Shown in pieces: positions 13,201-26,000 of a stretch of 64,000 nt of DNA. The notes under the pieces were generated by a model that saw only the letters and a list, made by a program, of their open reading frames with translations, had not been told where the DNA came from and ran no database searches. This stretch comes from Phoronis australis (Eukaryota; Animalia; Phoronida). Numbering within the stretch: position 1 is the stretch's first letter; every line of letters begins with the position of its first letter. A program made the position numbers and the translations under genes. The DNA lies in contig NMRA01000124.1 of assembly GCA_002633005.1 (NCBI GenBank), positions 637,814 to 701,813 of the forward strand, written 5' to 3'.

Positions 13201-14797
13201 TAGTTCAAGAAGTACACAACTCGAGTGCTTGAAATGGCAGTAAAACTTTTTGCCCGAGGATTTCAACCATACAGATATTTAAATTATTTCGCTTATTTGT
13301 ATATTTGCACAGGCTTGGCCAACCGGCTGGTAGTACGTTCAAATAAAATGAAATAAATGTTGCGGAAATGAATTCGAAAGAACAACATTTTCAAAGCACT
13401 ACTAGTTTGGAAAGTGTGCATAGCAAACGTTACCGGCTTCAGCGATAAAAGGCAAGAGCGCCCTCTTTGTGAACCTTAAGGAAACAAAAGTTTCACGGTT
13501 TGAGTTGCGAAGCAAGCGTTTTTACTTCTTCATGCAGAGAAGTCTCTATATTTGTCTTTGCTATATAACATGGAAGATAAATGTGATCGATTTCTCATTG
13601 AAAAGGAGTATTTTTATAAAGATTTCGTTCCGCGCCATTCGTTTCGCGCCAATGTTTACAATTGTTCGTACTCTCCGTTGTTGTTTGTTTGATTTTTACC
13701 GCCAAATGTGAGTTTGTTATAAACCTAATGCATGTCATTACAAAAACAGTGTCTGTGAACGTTTGATGTCTTTTGCAAAATGTTGCTAATTTATGGTGTA
13801 AATAACACTGATTTCATCGCAAACACGATTTATTATGTTAACGTTTGATTTTCATGACGAAATGTTAGTGTCGTGAAAATAAAATCGATTTCATCACAAA
13901 TGTTAACATTATACTAAATTTACAAGAATAAAAATTAGCTCAACTGAATTTTTTTAGGTTTATATTACAGGAAACCTGGCTTATCGACGGAATGGTAGGC
14001 CACATTTCAGGACAAAACTATTGTATATAATATAAAAAATGCATTTTTTCTTTGAGGTGGCACTGAACAGCCAATTTGTACTCCAAAAATATTAAAAACT
14101 AGGTGAGCCTGGCTTGGGGGCATTTTTAGGTAGATATTGCATGTAGGCCAAGTGAATGTGGATTGTTTGTATTTGTGAACATGTTGACAATGAAAAAGAT
14201 CACTTGCTCGGCTGTAGCTGCACTCTTCTTCAAGATGGTGGCCCCTTGTTGCAATTGGGCATTGCTGTGTAGCAACTGAGAAATTGGTCACGATTTCAGG
14301 TAGTCCTCAAATAAGCCAAGTTTGCAAAAAAAATAGTTGGTTGACAGTACTTTTGGACCACATTTTTGAAATTGGTAGGAAATTTTCTTTCAGAATCTAA
14401 TGTTGGCTTTAGTCGAGCATTGGCAGGGAAGTGGTGGTTTTGAGTTAAAAAGTGCCGATTTTGCGGTGGCGTTGTCCTTTTTTCTTAGTCTATCTTGTTT
14501 TTCAGTAGGACTGAAAGTGTCAAAATACAAGAGAGAACAAAGTTTCTGTGCTTATCTGTAGGACTTGTGATGTGAAATAACTCAAAAATTTTTGTTCTTT
14601 GAGTGCAGTTTTTGACAGAGTGAAGAAAAGGTGACTAGTCCTTTGACGTGTGTTCTGATAAGCTAACCCCTGTGAGAACTGTTCTGTGTCCCCAAAACTG
14701 CAGCGATCTCGCACAAGTTATGATTCGCCATCTATTGGTAAAATTGGTAAGCGTGACTTCTAACAATCTCGTAGCTTTTTACTAGTGTTGCACATCA

Positions 14798-14904
14798 CGC
14801 CTGCGTTCCGTAGACGCATGAATCACGCAAAAAAGCACGTCCTCGCGAGATTTCGTCATGCATTACAAGCGAAGCACGTGTCTTGAGTCTACGGAACGCA
14901 GCCC
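14798..14904. mobile_element. Short palindromic MITE-like element
   Basis: ctgcgttccgtagacgcatga at 14801 pairs with tcttgagtctacggaacgcagccc at 14881-14904. TSD unclear. Confidence 0.65.
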
Positions 14905-17900
14905 GTAGTTTCCATGGCACCCAGCAAGTAGGCTAGAATTCCGAAGTCTTCATTTTGTTAAGTGAAATGTCATTAAAAGAACGAGTTTGTATTTTAAAGG
15001 TCGTCCTTGAGAACAACAGTTATTTACAGACAGGTCACGTGTTTACTGAGAGCGTGGGTACATTGCTCGTGGCTGCAATGACAGGTTAACAACCTGCGCT
15101 AACTGACGTCATAGCAAAGAATATCATCACAGGGAGACACTGTCTGAGGGCTTACCCATTTAGTTCACGGCTTGGTGCACTAGTAGCCTCAGTCTTTCCT
15201 GTCGCCAGCTATACTTGCTATGGACTGGGTTATTTGACACTAGTTTCTTGTATTACTGAATGGTGTGTGAATGGTTTTTGTTGAAAACCTCTTTGGTTCT
15301 TAGTACGCGTATTTTATCCAAACAATTTACGGTTGAATCTGAGTGTTCCACTCCGGTGCGCCCTACATTATTGATTCTAAAATAAGGCATACAGATTTAC
15401 ATTTTTCGTTGAATTTGCAATAATCTTGCGCTACGATGTATTTAATTAGGATTTTCGTTGTCCAACGACGTGTGGTTATCGAAGTTTTCTTTGCTTAAGG
15501 CATCAAAATAATGAGAGCGACTACGAAAATAGCCTCAGCACTAAGTGTTACTCGTATCTCGCAGCCGTGTGTTTTCTTTCAAGTGACAAGAAGATCTTAC
15601 GTCTGCGCGTATCCCATTTAATGAACAGATGAACGAGAAAAGTGTTCATTGCCCGGTTGCATGAAACAGTCCAAATAGAGACTCAACTAAGTTCCCTATT
15701 TTGCTTATTTGTGCCACACTTTTCCTACCATGTGAACTTTTTATAAGCTCCTCTTCTACTAATGACATGTTCCAACACTATAAGTAAAACCAGCTGTGAG
15801 TTCAAAACAAATAAAAACGGACTTTATCCTCAAATTAGGGTCGTTGCATGGAAAGATTCCTATTTATTTTTCATAATATTGAGAATTCAACGTGGAGTTC
15901 ACTCTCAATTTCTATCAAAACCAAAAATTAATGTAATGAGATTCAAACATAACAAATAAGGACAATCGATGTTTTCAGAAATACTTAGTCGATTTAGGGA
16001 ACTTAGGGGAGTCCTTATTTGAGACTGTTTCATGCAACCTGGCACGGAGTCTGCATCTGCAGAATACTAAGGAATGCATGGACCTTATTGGTGTTGCATG
16101 AGTGGACATATCACGTGCCGCTCAGATTCGCGGGTTGTTCACCGCCCGACTCTCTACGAAAGAACACACCGGACGAGTCTGAAAGTCTACAAGGGATCCA
16201 TATTTAGGTATCTCATAATAATTAATTTACGAGGGGGTTGAAAATGCGTTTTTTTTTTTAATATCAGTTTAAGTTCCAAACGCCATCTAGGGCTTATAAC
16301 TCATATGTTACATAAGGCGTATGTTACGGGGGCAAGCCTTTCACGAAAGTTATCGGCAAAGGAAATGGATCCCTCTTTGACTGCTTTACCTCTGTAAAAC
16401 AGCTAGTGCCGATATTTCATAGGTGTAGAAAGGATTGCTTTAGCGAGAGTTGGGGGTAGTGCATCAAATGTGAGTGCAACCCCCTGCCCCCGGTGGAATC
16501 CAGTTTCGCCCCCACCACCATCCGCCCCGAGTACGCCACCAACTGTTCTTACCCAATCAACACCCGTTTTACTCTACGTGCACCCCGGACCCGTCGACAT
16601 AAGTTTTACCCTCATAACGGATTTACTCCTTCTCCCCCTTTGGTCGCACTGGTCGCAGGGCCGTAGGAGTATTATTGGGCAGGGAGGGCACAATCAATTG
16701 CCCTATTGTCACCACTTCCTCCCCTTCCCTTGTCGTCGCCAATTTCACCTNCCCTGTCATAGGCGTGATGGCTTAGCTTTGTGGGGGAAAAGCCCCTGGA
16801 GGCAGCATCCAGAAGGGTACCCATGCCTCAACAAAATTTCGTGATAAGGGAAACTTTTTGACCAGAGCACGTTACGCGTTCGCGATTCGGTTACGATTTT
16901 CATCTTTAGATAAATATTTTATGAATATCATGTTATTTAGGGTATTGTGCCAAAGAAAATGGATTGCCAAAAATATATTTTAACGATTATAAAATTAACT
17001 TATCGGGGGCTGCGAAATCACGTGACCGAAATGAAGAGACAGCATCACCTCGGAACGAATAGACGGAACATCGTGTCGGGAACTTTGCTTATAGTTTTGT
17101 ATATTTCTGTGTGAAAATTGAGGCCTAAGATTACATTTTACTCGATTAGGGCTCAGTTTGCGGAAAGTTCACTTTTAGGGCCATGCATTAAAGAGATCCA
17201 CCTTGAAGGGATTGGTTGCGGGTTACCTGAGGGATGTTTGAAAATTCCTTGTTGAAACTGGGTTCCTAAGTTTCTAGTGGCGGCCCCTGGAGGCGGAAAA
17301 TAATATCAAACTGATCAAATTTCACCATCCTACGTCAAAAATCACGGATACACCAATTTCTTAAAAGTTATTTCAGGCAGGTAAAAACAACCTCGTGCAC
17401 TTTGCTGTTCGGGGCTGGATAATGCAGATTTTCTCGAATTTCACTCTACATTAAAGTTCACTGACGCTGGATCATTTTTTTTACAAAATTAACATATAAT
17501 GCCGGGTTAAAAAATCGTTTGCGAATCAATCGATTTCCTACATAAATATGTTAATCAGAACCCGTGTAGGCCATCAGAAGAAAATAAATATGGCAATTGT
17601 TTTACTCGAGTTTGTAGCCCGTAGCTAGGGGTCATCATACGCATTAATCATAATTTACTCGACCATGAGGATAGTAATGCCTTATCTTGAGTTCGCACAA
17701 AAGTAGAGGAGAAAATACCAAAAGTAATTTCGCCGAGAGCAGGTCATGTAAATGTTTGTTTATATTAAAAAACAGCAGAGAAGTGATTGATTATTCCATC
17801 ATTAGGTCACTTTCCTTAACATAAAAAGTTGTACGATTTCACAAAAAGCAGGAACAAGAAAGTGGTCCCTTAAGTAAAAAGGGTGTAACTAGAATAAGGG

Positions 17901-18687
17901 TAGCCATGGATTCCACATGGATTTCGCTAACTCCTCCAAGAGCTAGGATTTATATTAAGTGATTTACAGTTTCAAAAATGGAGAAAATAGAGCGACAGAC
18001 GACTCCATTATCACATGCTAAAGTATCTAGAGAAATACAATTTTACGATTACCGCAAACACTTTGTTTGTTCAATTCAAAGCTGCTTCTCGCTCTGTTTA
18101 GCGGGGTAAACATCAAAAACTGAATTAGGCCCTTACTCTCATAAATTAATCTCATAATATTCCTTGCCATGACAGAATTCTATTCCAGATAGAAGTAAGA
18201 ATATCGAAACCACCAGCGACTCAAAAAACGCTTCAGAGTTTATTCATGGGGTCGGATAATCTGAAAATATTGAATTCGAAAATGGCGCGCGTGTGGATTG
18301 CCTATGACTTGAATTGGTAACAGAATCCTGTCGTAGAATATCACGAGACAGATTTTACGAGCGAGTAAGAGGACAAATCCGAGTTTCGATTTTCAGACGT
18401 ACTGTAGCTAAACTGGGTAAAATTTGAACCAATTAGTCTCTGGAAAATCTGTTTATAATTTTTTTCGGGTATTTTTAAGTATGCATGAATAAGAACGCGT
18501 TTTCATGTGAGTGTAGACGCATAAAACTGGGGCTCTCTAACCAAACTGCCCTGGCCACGGTCCCCAAAGAGTAAATCCAGCACAAATGTTCACTAAACTT
18601 TTCTCTTTTCAACACGTTTCGCTATTCAATTCTTTCATCTACTGCCCCTGCCCCCACTTATTTCGTTAGCCAACAATACATAGCGCA

Positions 18688-19165
18688 TTGTCAACAATTT
18701 ACAAAACAATTAAATGTAACTTTGTAGTAGAAAAATACGTAACATGTTTAGAAAATCGACTTCATAGAATAGCTCTTGCAAGGTTTAGATGCTCCGCACA
18801 TTCATTGATGATTATCCAGGGAAGGTTCAGTGGATTTGACAGAGAAGACAGGTTATGTCCCTGCTGTGACAGTGGGAAAGTGGTAAAACGGAATTCCACT
18901 TTCTTCTCGAATGCAATTTATATTCGGATTTACGAGTGCGGTTTTTACCAAGGTACGATAAGGAGGAAGATATAGTATTCAGAAATTTTATACAGACTCG
19001 AGTCATGACTTAAATGTTCTGAGAAAAGTTGCTTGATATTTAATTAATGCGGAGAAACGCCGAAATGAGTTCCTTGATATGAATTAAATTAGACTTGAAA
19101 AATTATTGTACTCTCTTTGTGTTATATATTGTAATGTGGGCCAGAGGCCTGTTACATGAAATAAA
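18688..19165 (+). mobile_element. 5'-truncated, decayed LINE 3' end (ORF2 C-terminal CCHC region plus 3' UTR)
   Basis: Reads YKTIK..EKYV..RIALARFRCSAHSLMIIQGRFSGFDREDRLCPCC, then after a frameshift TEFHFLLECNLYSDLRVRFLPRY. It ends in AATAAA at about 19160. Confidence 0.85.
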
Positions 19166-19791
19166 CCTATCACCATGTCTTACCTAGATCCGGTCAGGCC
19201 CACATGTAGCCAGATGCGGCATTTACAGAAAAAGCATTGTATTTTCTTGTGGTATAGATAACAAACCCAAACCGAGCGAACATTTCTCAACCCCTGCAAC
19301 CCCCCCCCCCCCCAAACCCCTCGGCCCCTCCCCGCTTCCTTTGCTTATGTGTACTTATTCGTGTGTCGATACCGTTGGAAACTGTTGTAGCACCTAATTT
19401 GGAAAATTTGGCCCTCAGGGTTTGAGCTTTCAGTGGAATTCTTTCTACATGAAACCTGGACGACAACGGATAGAAAAGTTATTAGGGCCTACAAAAGTCT
19501 AGTTTCAAATCTCATCTCACTCAGAAAAATATTCAGGCACCGGTGCCGTACAGCAGTCGACCTCTAGGGAAAGGGGTCTATATCTTTAGTGTTCAGCGCA
19601 AGTTACGGAATCAACATGTTGCCACATCAGCTGGTTGTCAGCCGCGGGATTTCGTGCGAATATGCAGCGCTGGCTGTTCACCGTAAAAGTCAACAATAGA
19701 TACTCCCTTATTGATAACGCCAACTGTCGACTCTATGATTAACCCATCATTTATCACGAGTCGATAATTTACACATGGTAACGTGTCCAAC

Positions 19792-20007
19792 ATGGCGGCG
19801 CCCGTAATACTCGTATGCGCTGTTGTGACGGCGCTTCTGACGCTGTCAAGTTTACCGGGGAACGTTTTAGGAGAAGACAAGGATGATTTCGACTTCGACG
19901 ACTTACCTGGGACTACCCACGAATTCAAAGTAGAAGTTGCCGCTGGCGAAACGGAATGCTTCTATCAAAGAGTGAAGAATGGCTCTCAAATATACATATC
20001 GTTTGAG
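19792..20007 (+). CDS. TMED6: TMED6-like exon 1 (signal peptide and GOLD N-terminus)
   Basis: ccaacATGGCG start; MAAPVILVCAVV..HEFKVEVAAGETECFYQRV..ISFE; donor gag|gtgagt, phase 0. Confidence 0.92.
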
Positions 20008-23000
20008 GTGAGTTGGGGCCCACTACCACCAAGAGCTGCCTGTCCACCGACACCAGCGGGGAACATGGTGGGTGACCAACTGCGTTGCAAGGCATTCGCT
20101 GTGATAATTACGTGGAGGCCTTTACATAATTTACAAGGTGTAGCGATAAGACGAGATTTGAAACCATATGCTTAGTTGTTAGTGCGGACCGAGGTCGGCA
20201 TTTTCCCAGTCTTCGCTGCTCTGATTATTCGTGTCAGTTCATTTGAATCACTTCAGTGCCTAGGTCACCGTATGAACGGCTGCAGATCTAACATAATGTG
20301 TTGATAACAAGAAAAAAACACTCGGTTGTCATTGATTATTTGCAGCAAACTCTTTTCTATAACCCCGTTATAATCTTGGCGTACTGCTCAGACTACTAAG
20401 GTGCTAACTGTGGGTGATTTTCCCAGCGTCGATCTTTTCATGATCGTAGCTATATTGCCGTGCATGCAGTTGACTAGGGAGTTCATAAATTAGAAACGCA
20501 TCCATAGTTCATTAGTGCGATGAAGTTAGCATGACGTACAAGACATAACAACGCGGCCTAAACTCATTCACGTCAACAAACTGCTAATTGACCATGTCCC
20601 GTTTTATTATAATTAGGACGTTGGCATTTATCTCGTGCTAATTAGTCGGTTTATTCTACAAAGAACTTCGAGTAAAATGGACACGCACAAATGTCCGTCA
20701 AGTTTCTCAATATTGTTTCTGAGAGCTGCTAAAAGATGGCACTGTAGGACGCACACTCGGTCTTTTCGATAAGTTTATTCAGTTGGCGTCTAATGATTGA
20801 AGTAAAATTTCGGTAACTGACACAGGTAAACACACGGATTATTTCCTTCTAAAGGGCTGTTTAAGTCGAAAATCTTAAACCAAGTTAATAAGCTACTCGA
20901 CACTTGTATCACAAGCATTCGCATAGCAACAGAATACTAATTTTGCTGACTTCCAATGCAGTAGTTGAAAGAGCTGTTCAAAACTTCCTAACTCACTCGT
21001 GTCCAGTTCATTGGCAAACACTCTTTTATTACTACTTTACGGTTAACCCCTAAGCTATCGCCATGTTTAGAAAATTAGGAGCGCGGTGTGACAGGGTCAT
21101 GCGCGCACCCAGGGGAGTCGGGGGGCTCGAACGAGCCCCCCTGTTTGGCTAAGTGGGTAAAAAAGTCCGCCTCAGAGAAACAAAAAGTCCGATTAAACGG
21201 GACAAAAATTCACTAAAAAAGGCGTAGACGCACAGTTCACAGGCCTGAAGGTGGTACCCCGTTTTTTTTTTTAGTCCTTCCGCTTTTTTGTTAGCAAAAG
21301 GTCCACTTTGTCAGTTTTAAGCCCCCCTTCCCCATATTAAAGGCTGGGTGCGCGCACGAGAGTTTATTGCTTTTTTCTTAGTTTTCATTTTTACACAGTA
21401 GGTTAAATGGAAAGGAAATGCGTTCCAAGAGAAACCACGGGGTATATGTAACTTAATGGTTTGTGATGTAGAAATTAATGGATAATTGGCCTATTTCGTC
21501 GAATTATTTTTCGTTGCTAAGCAACTTGATGTATTGTTGAATGACATTTTTCACTGCTGTATGGATACGTATACAAAAATATAATAAGGGAGCAGTTCCT
21601 TGACTGAGACCAATTTTGTTTAAAAGGATGCAATTTTGGTTCAGAACTAACTTTAGTGCGCCACACAAGAATTCGAATAAGGTGATTCTAGTGGGGATCA
21701 GGTTACGTAATAATTGACCGAAAGTCCTTATACATTAGTGTTTACATCTATCTGAGCTCTAGTATACAAAAATATTCAGGAATTGATTGACGTTCTTTAC
21801 ATCCCAAAATGGAAAATAACACTGTCCTAGAAATTTATAACAAGAGCGTCATGTTTCAGAAAACGAGTGGCAGTGTTTTCAACTATCTGAGCTCTAGTTT
21901 AAAAAGTATTCAGAAATTGAACGACGTCCTTTGCAACAAGATGTCGAAGATATTCAAATCAGAAACTTTGTTGGCTTTCTTAACGTTCATAAGACGATAC
22001 ATAAAAGATAATGTAAACGTGAGGTGCATGAAATTTGAAACACATCATTCTATAGAGAACAACAATATAACGTCATCTCGCGTCGGCAAATTAATACTTG
22101 AGCTCTCTTCGATTTAAAATTCTTAACTTCGTCTGTTAGCAAACAACGAACAAAATCTCCATGATTTGTCTTTCGTCATTGTCAATAGATGGCGCAAAAA
22201 TCAGCTGCAGCTCAATCGTGTTCCTGTGTTCCTGGCTTTTTCAAAAACTACGTTAGGTTCCGGCGAATGAAAACGAAACTGAAAACTAAGCCATTTCAGA
22301 CATATTTTGACTAAACAATGTCCACAGTAGACGTATCGGTGGAAATGTAATCCAATAAGTTATTCTAGTCTTAGAAGCGTTGAAGTTGATTAATTTGATG
22401 ACCGACCTCACTGCTATATGGGAGTGTTCGTCCTGGCGGTCTGGTGACTTCAAAATAGATCTTGAATAACACTTCTAGGATATGGGCATTAAAACCGTGC
22501 CTTCAAAAATACAGCTTACTTCCATTTGCATACATTTTTAAAGAGACACGTCGGAGGCCGAAGCTGTCAGTTGAACCGCCAACTTAATGTCGCAGATGTT
22601 GACCTACTGCACTATACGTTTGGACGTCGTGTGAAATTATGAATATTAAATTGTCTATCTTACAACCTTCATATCAAGAATAACAAGGTTTGGCAAGGTA
22701 GCCCCAAGAAAGTGATGGACGCTGCCGCCAAACAATTTCGCTATTACACGTTGGTAGTGAAACTTCTAACTAAAAACATGTTGTTATGCATGTTCTGTTG
22801 AGTGATTTGGGATTATTTTGATATCACGTTTTTGCCAACGCCTCGACACTCGACTCAGAAAGGGAAATTGGTGCTGAAGATTATTGTGTGGACCGGAAGG
22901 ATACTTCCTTGGTTTAAGAAACGAAAACTGAAAATTTATTTACATTTCATACATTTTGCTCGAAATGTCATTGCACCCTATTCGTTGTAGGCTTTTACAT

Positions 23001-26000
23001 GAACCGTGACTGAACCGTCAGTTCTGATAGTTTTGGGTGCGGTGAAACCTTTTTTGAGTAATGATATTTTGCCTGAACGATGAGCCCATTTCACTGACAG
23101 CACCATGGATTACCGTACAAAGATTGATATCATTAAATCCTTCCAATGACCAAATATCCTAACGTACATAGTTGAACTTTGAATTTCATCCAGAGTTTTC
23201 AAACTTACTTGAAGGATTGCTACAAATTCCACCCCCAACTGTTTTCGATCTCAGTGACACCCATTGTTGTAAATAGGCACTACATGTCATTGCACACTTT
23301 CTTCTAATCAGGGAATATCTTTTAATTCGTGGAAAATTATGATTGGCATTATCTACTGAATGGATTTTTTTTACCCTTTGGCGCCTCCTTCTATAAAAAA
23401 TGTAACCACTCGTACCAACCTCCTTTTGAAGGCGGTATTTTCTGTTATATTAGCTGGAGTGGGAGGACTTTGTTCTAGAACCCTGCTATGTTATTTGATA
23501 ACAACCTAGTTTGATAACAATCTAGTCAACGTGAGATAATTAGACAAACTTCATAGTTTTACAAATAAGTTTTATCAGGTGTAGTTAGTCTTCCGTACTG
23601 CATTAGTTTCTCATCAAGCAGTTAACAGGCTTATTTACACTCACTTAGTTCAAAAATGTACATAAGACCATAATGTGAAGACAGTTGGGAAAATTGTTTG
23701 AACTTGGTACCTTCTCGTGAGATTGTTGGAAAAAAATACATGATTTCGTCGGTTAATTTCACTTTTCGCATTCAAACTCGATGGTTCCATGGGATAGCTC
23801 ATTCCGTATTAACAGACGTACAGTTAAATTTGGCATCTCTGACTCTGATTTTTGTGGCTTTTGCTTATCGGCATTCGAAGATTAGATGCATTTTTGAAAA
23901 TTATAATTTCTCATCTTTCTTGGTCTTAGTGGATTCGTCGTATATGGTTTAAGTCTTGCCGGTTTGCATTGATGTGAAGAAAATCTTTCGTTGAAGGGCA
24001 AATTCTACTGAGTCTTAAAACATATACTTTGGTATGCGTTTGAACTGAATGATCACCTTCTATTTTGAGCCGACTTGACGTCACTTGCTGATCAATACTG
24101 AAACGATGGACATGCTGTACTCAGTGTTCACTGCTCAGACGGTCAATATTCTGACACTCAAGCGTATTAGTGGGTGTGTTCTTTTCAACCAATCATTGCT
24201 CGCGTAAGAGACACATCCCACTAATGTGTCTGAACCTGAACAAGTGCCGGAAGTGATGCAAGATGTGTTTGCGGCTTTTGAAATACCACCGATTAAATTA
24301 CGGCCCTGCCTCTTTTGAGACTCATCTGATTTTCCGCTTACGAACTATCAATTAGGTCGACGTGCTCGCAACACGCATCATTTACTCCCGAATTCCTGGA
24401 AGACAATATGCCACCAACTGTTGTAACCAATAGGATATTATTAAAGTTGGTGCCAGTCAATGGAATGGTGAATTCACTTTTCCACCACAAACCAGTTATT
24501 TAGATCACTTTGACTGATTTTTGCTTAACGGAGGTTTTCCATTCGTAGGAAGGTACCCATGATGTTGACTGCAAGTTAGTGAAAAGGAGATGTTCCTTAG
24601 ATTCTATCTATGAACTCTTCATTCCGGATCGGGGGTATTTCTGCCACAGAGGAGGCGTACGCGACGTGCCGCGTACGAAGCGTGATTTCTCACCACCAAT
24701 TTCCCGGAGTGCCTTTTCTAACGAAATTTCCCGTGGAAAGGTGTATTTTCGACAAATGTACTGCATAAGTCTTTACTTTGGGATTTGAAACTCAATAAAA
24801 GGTTCTGAACCCTTTTCCAACTACACGTCAGTGTGCTATTTCTGGAACAAAACATTTCGAAAGTGTGACTTTTTCCTGGAAGTTTCCTACAAATGGGTGG
24901 GTATTCTAATTTTGCGACTGAACCCACGCCTAATAAACCCCGACACCGCCCCCCCCCCCCCNACAGCAGCGTAGTTTAATGCACACAAATTACACGTCGT
25001 GCAAACCAGTCGGTCATCCCGTTTACCATCAACAATCCCAGTAGCCTTTGCGCACCCTAATTTCCGGACATGCGCAATCGTTAAATCGATTCGGTTGCAA
25101 CTCCGCTATTCAATATTTAGTACCAGCCTTCACTGACTAGGTCACTTCCGTACTCGGTTCAGTCAATGACATTTACCGGGTATGATGAACGCCGTTATCA
25201 TAAATGATGATTAAGTGACGTTTAATAGCATTGTGTCTGGCTGAAACGTCCAACTGTGAGATATCAAGCCTTTTTTATTTGTACTTAACAAAGTTAAAAC
25301 ATTAGCTTTGTCGTTTCGAAGTCAGAGTTGCGTTGCTCAAGAAAGTCCTTAGTACACATTTCCCCTTGTTTACAATAGCTTCTTAAAATACAGTCGAAAC
25401 TAGTCTTCTTAGGCTACACCTAACGTACACTGATCGGTCTCAAATTTTCGTTAACACTAGGCATGGATTTGGGGCCTTTTAAATTTTTTTATTGTATTTT
25501 TGTTACAAAATCATGAATTCGGGGAACAGCTATCTGATTATACGTGGAAAAGTTTGCCCGGCAGCAGTTTTGTGCTTTCTTGTCAACGGCGACTGCTTCC
25601 TTTTGCGCAGGTTCTCCGTGGTGCTGACAGGAATGTTGACGTCATCTTTAAGGACCCGAAGGGATCAACCATTGCCAGTGAACTGTGGAACAAAGAAGGA
25701 AACATTGAACACACAGACATTGAAGAGGAAGGTACATGACTTCGTTCCTTTAGGCGAGATCAATGATTTTAGATATTTTTGCGAGATCACACAAGTATTT
25801 CATATGGTCATTCATCACCAGCGGCGTCCCGTTTTCTTCTCTGGATATTTTACTGGATACTCAAGTGAGTTGGGCAAAAAAGATGGAAATTTACAAGTCG
25901 AGCATCGTCAAGGCTCAGGGTCTAATCTGTGTACAAACTTTAAACATAACTCGTAAATTCTCTATTATTGCACGGTATAGTTGGAGTAAGCTTACAAATT

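Noticed and set aside
16470-16844. Proline-rich 124-aa ORF
   Set aside because: It spans the N at 16751 and GC-rich MITE-like remnants. The proline bias comes from C-runs.
19638-19928. 96-aa - strand ORF
   Set aside because: Antisense shadow of TMED exon 1.
25492-25956. 154-aa + strand ORF
   Set aside because: Off-frame overlap of TMED exon 2 and flanking intron; no protein-like features.
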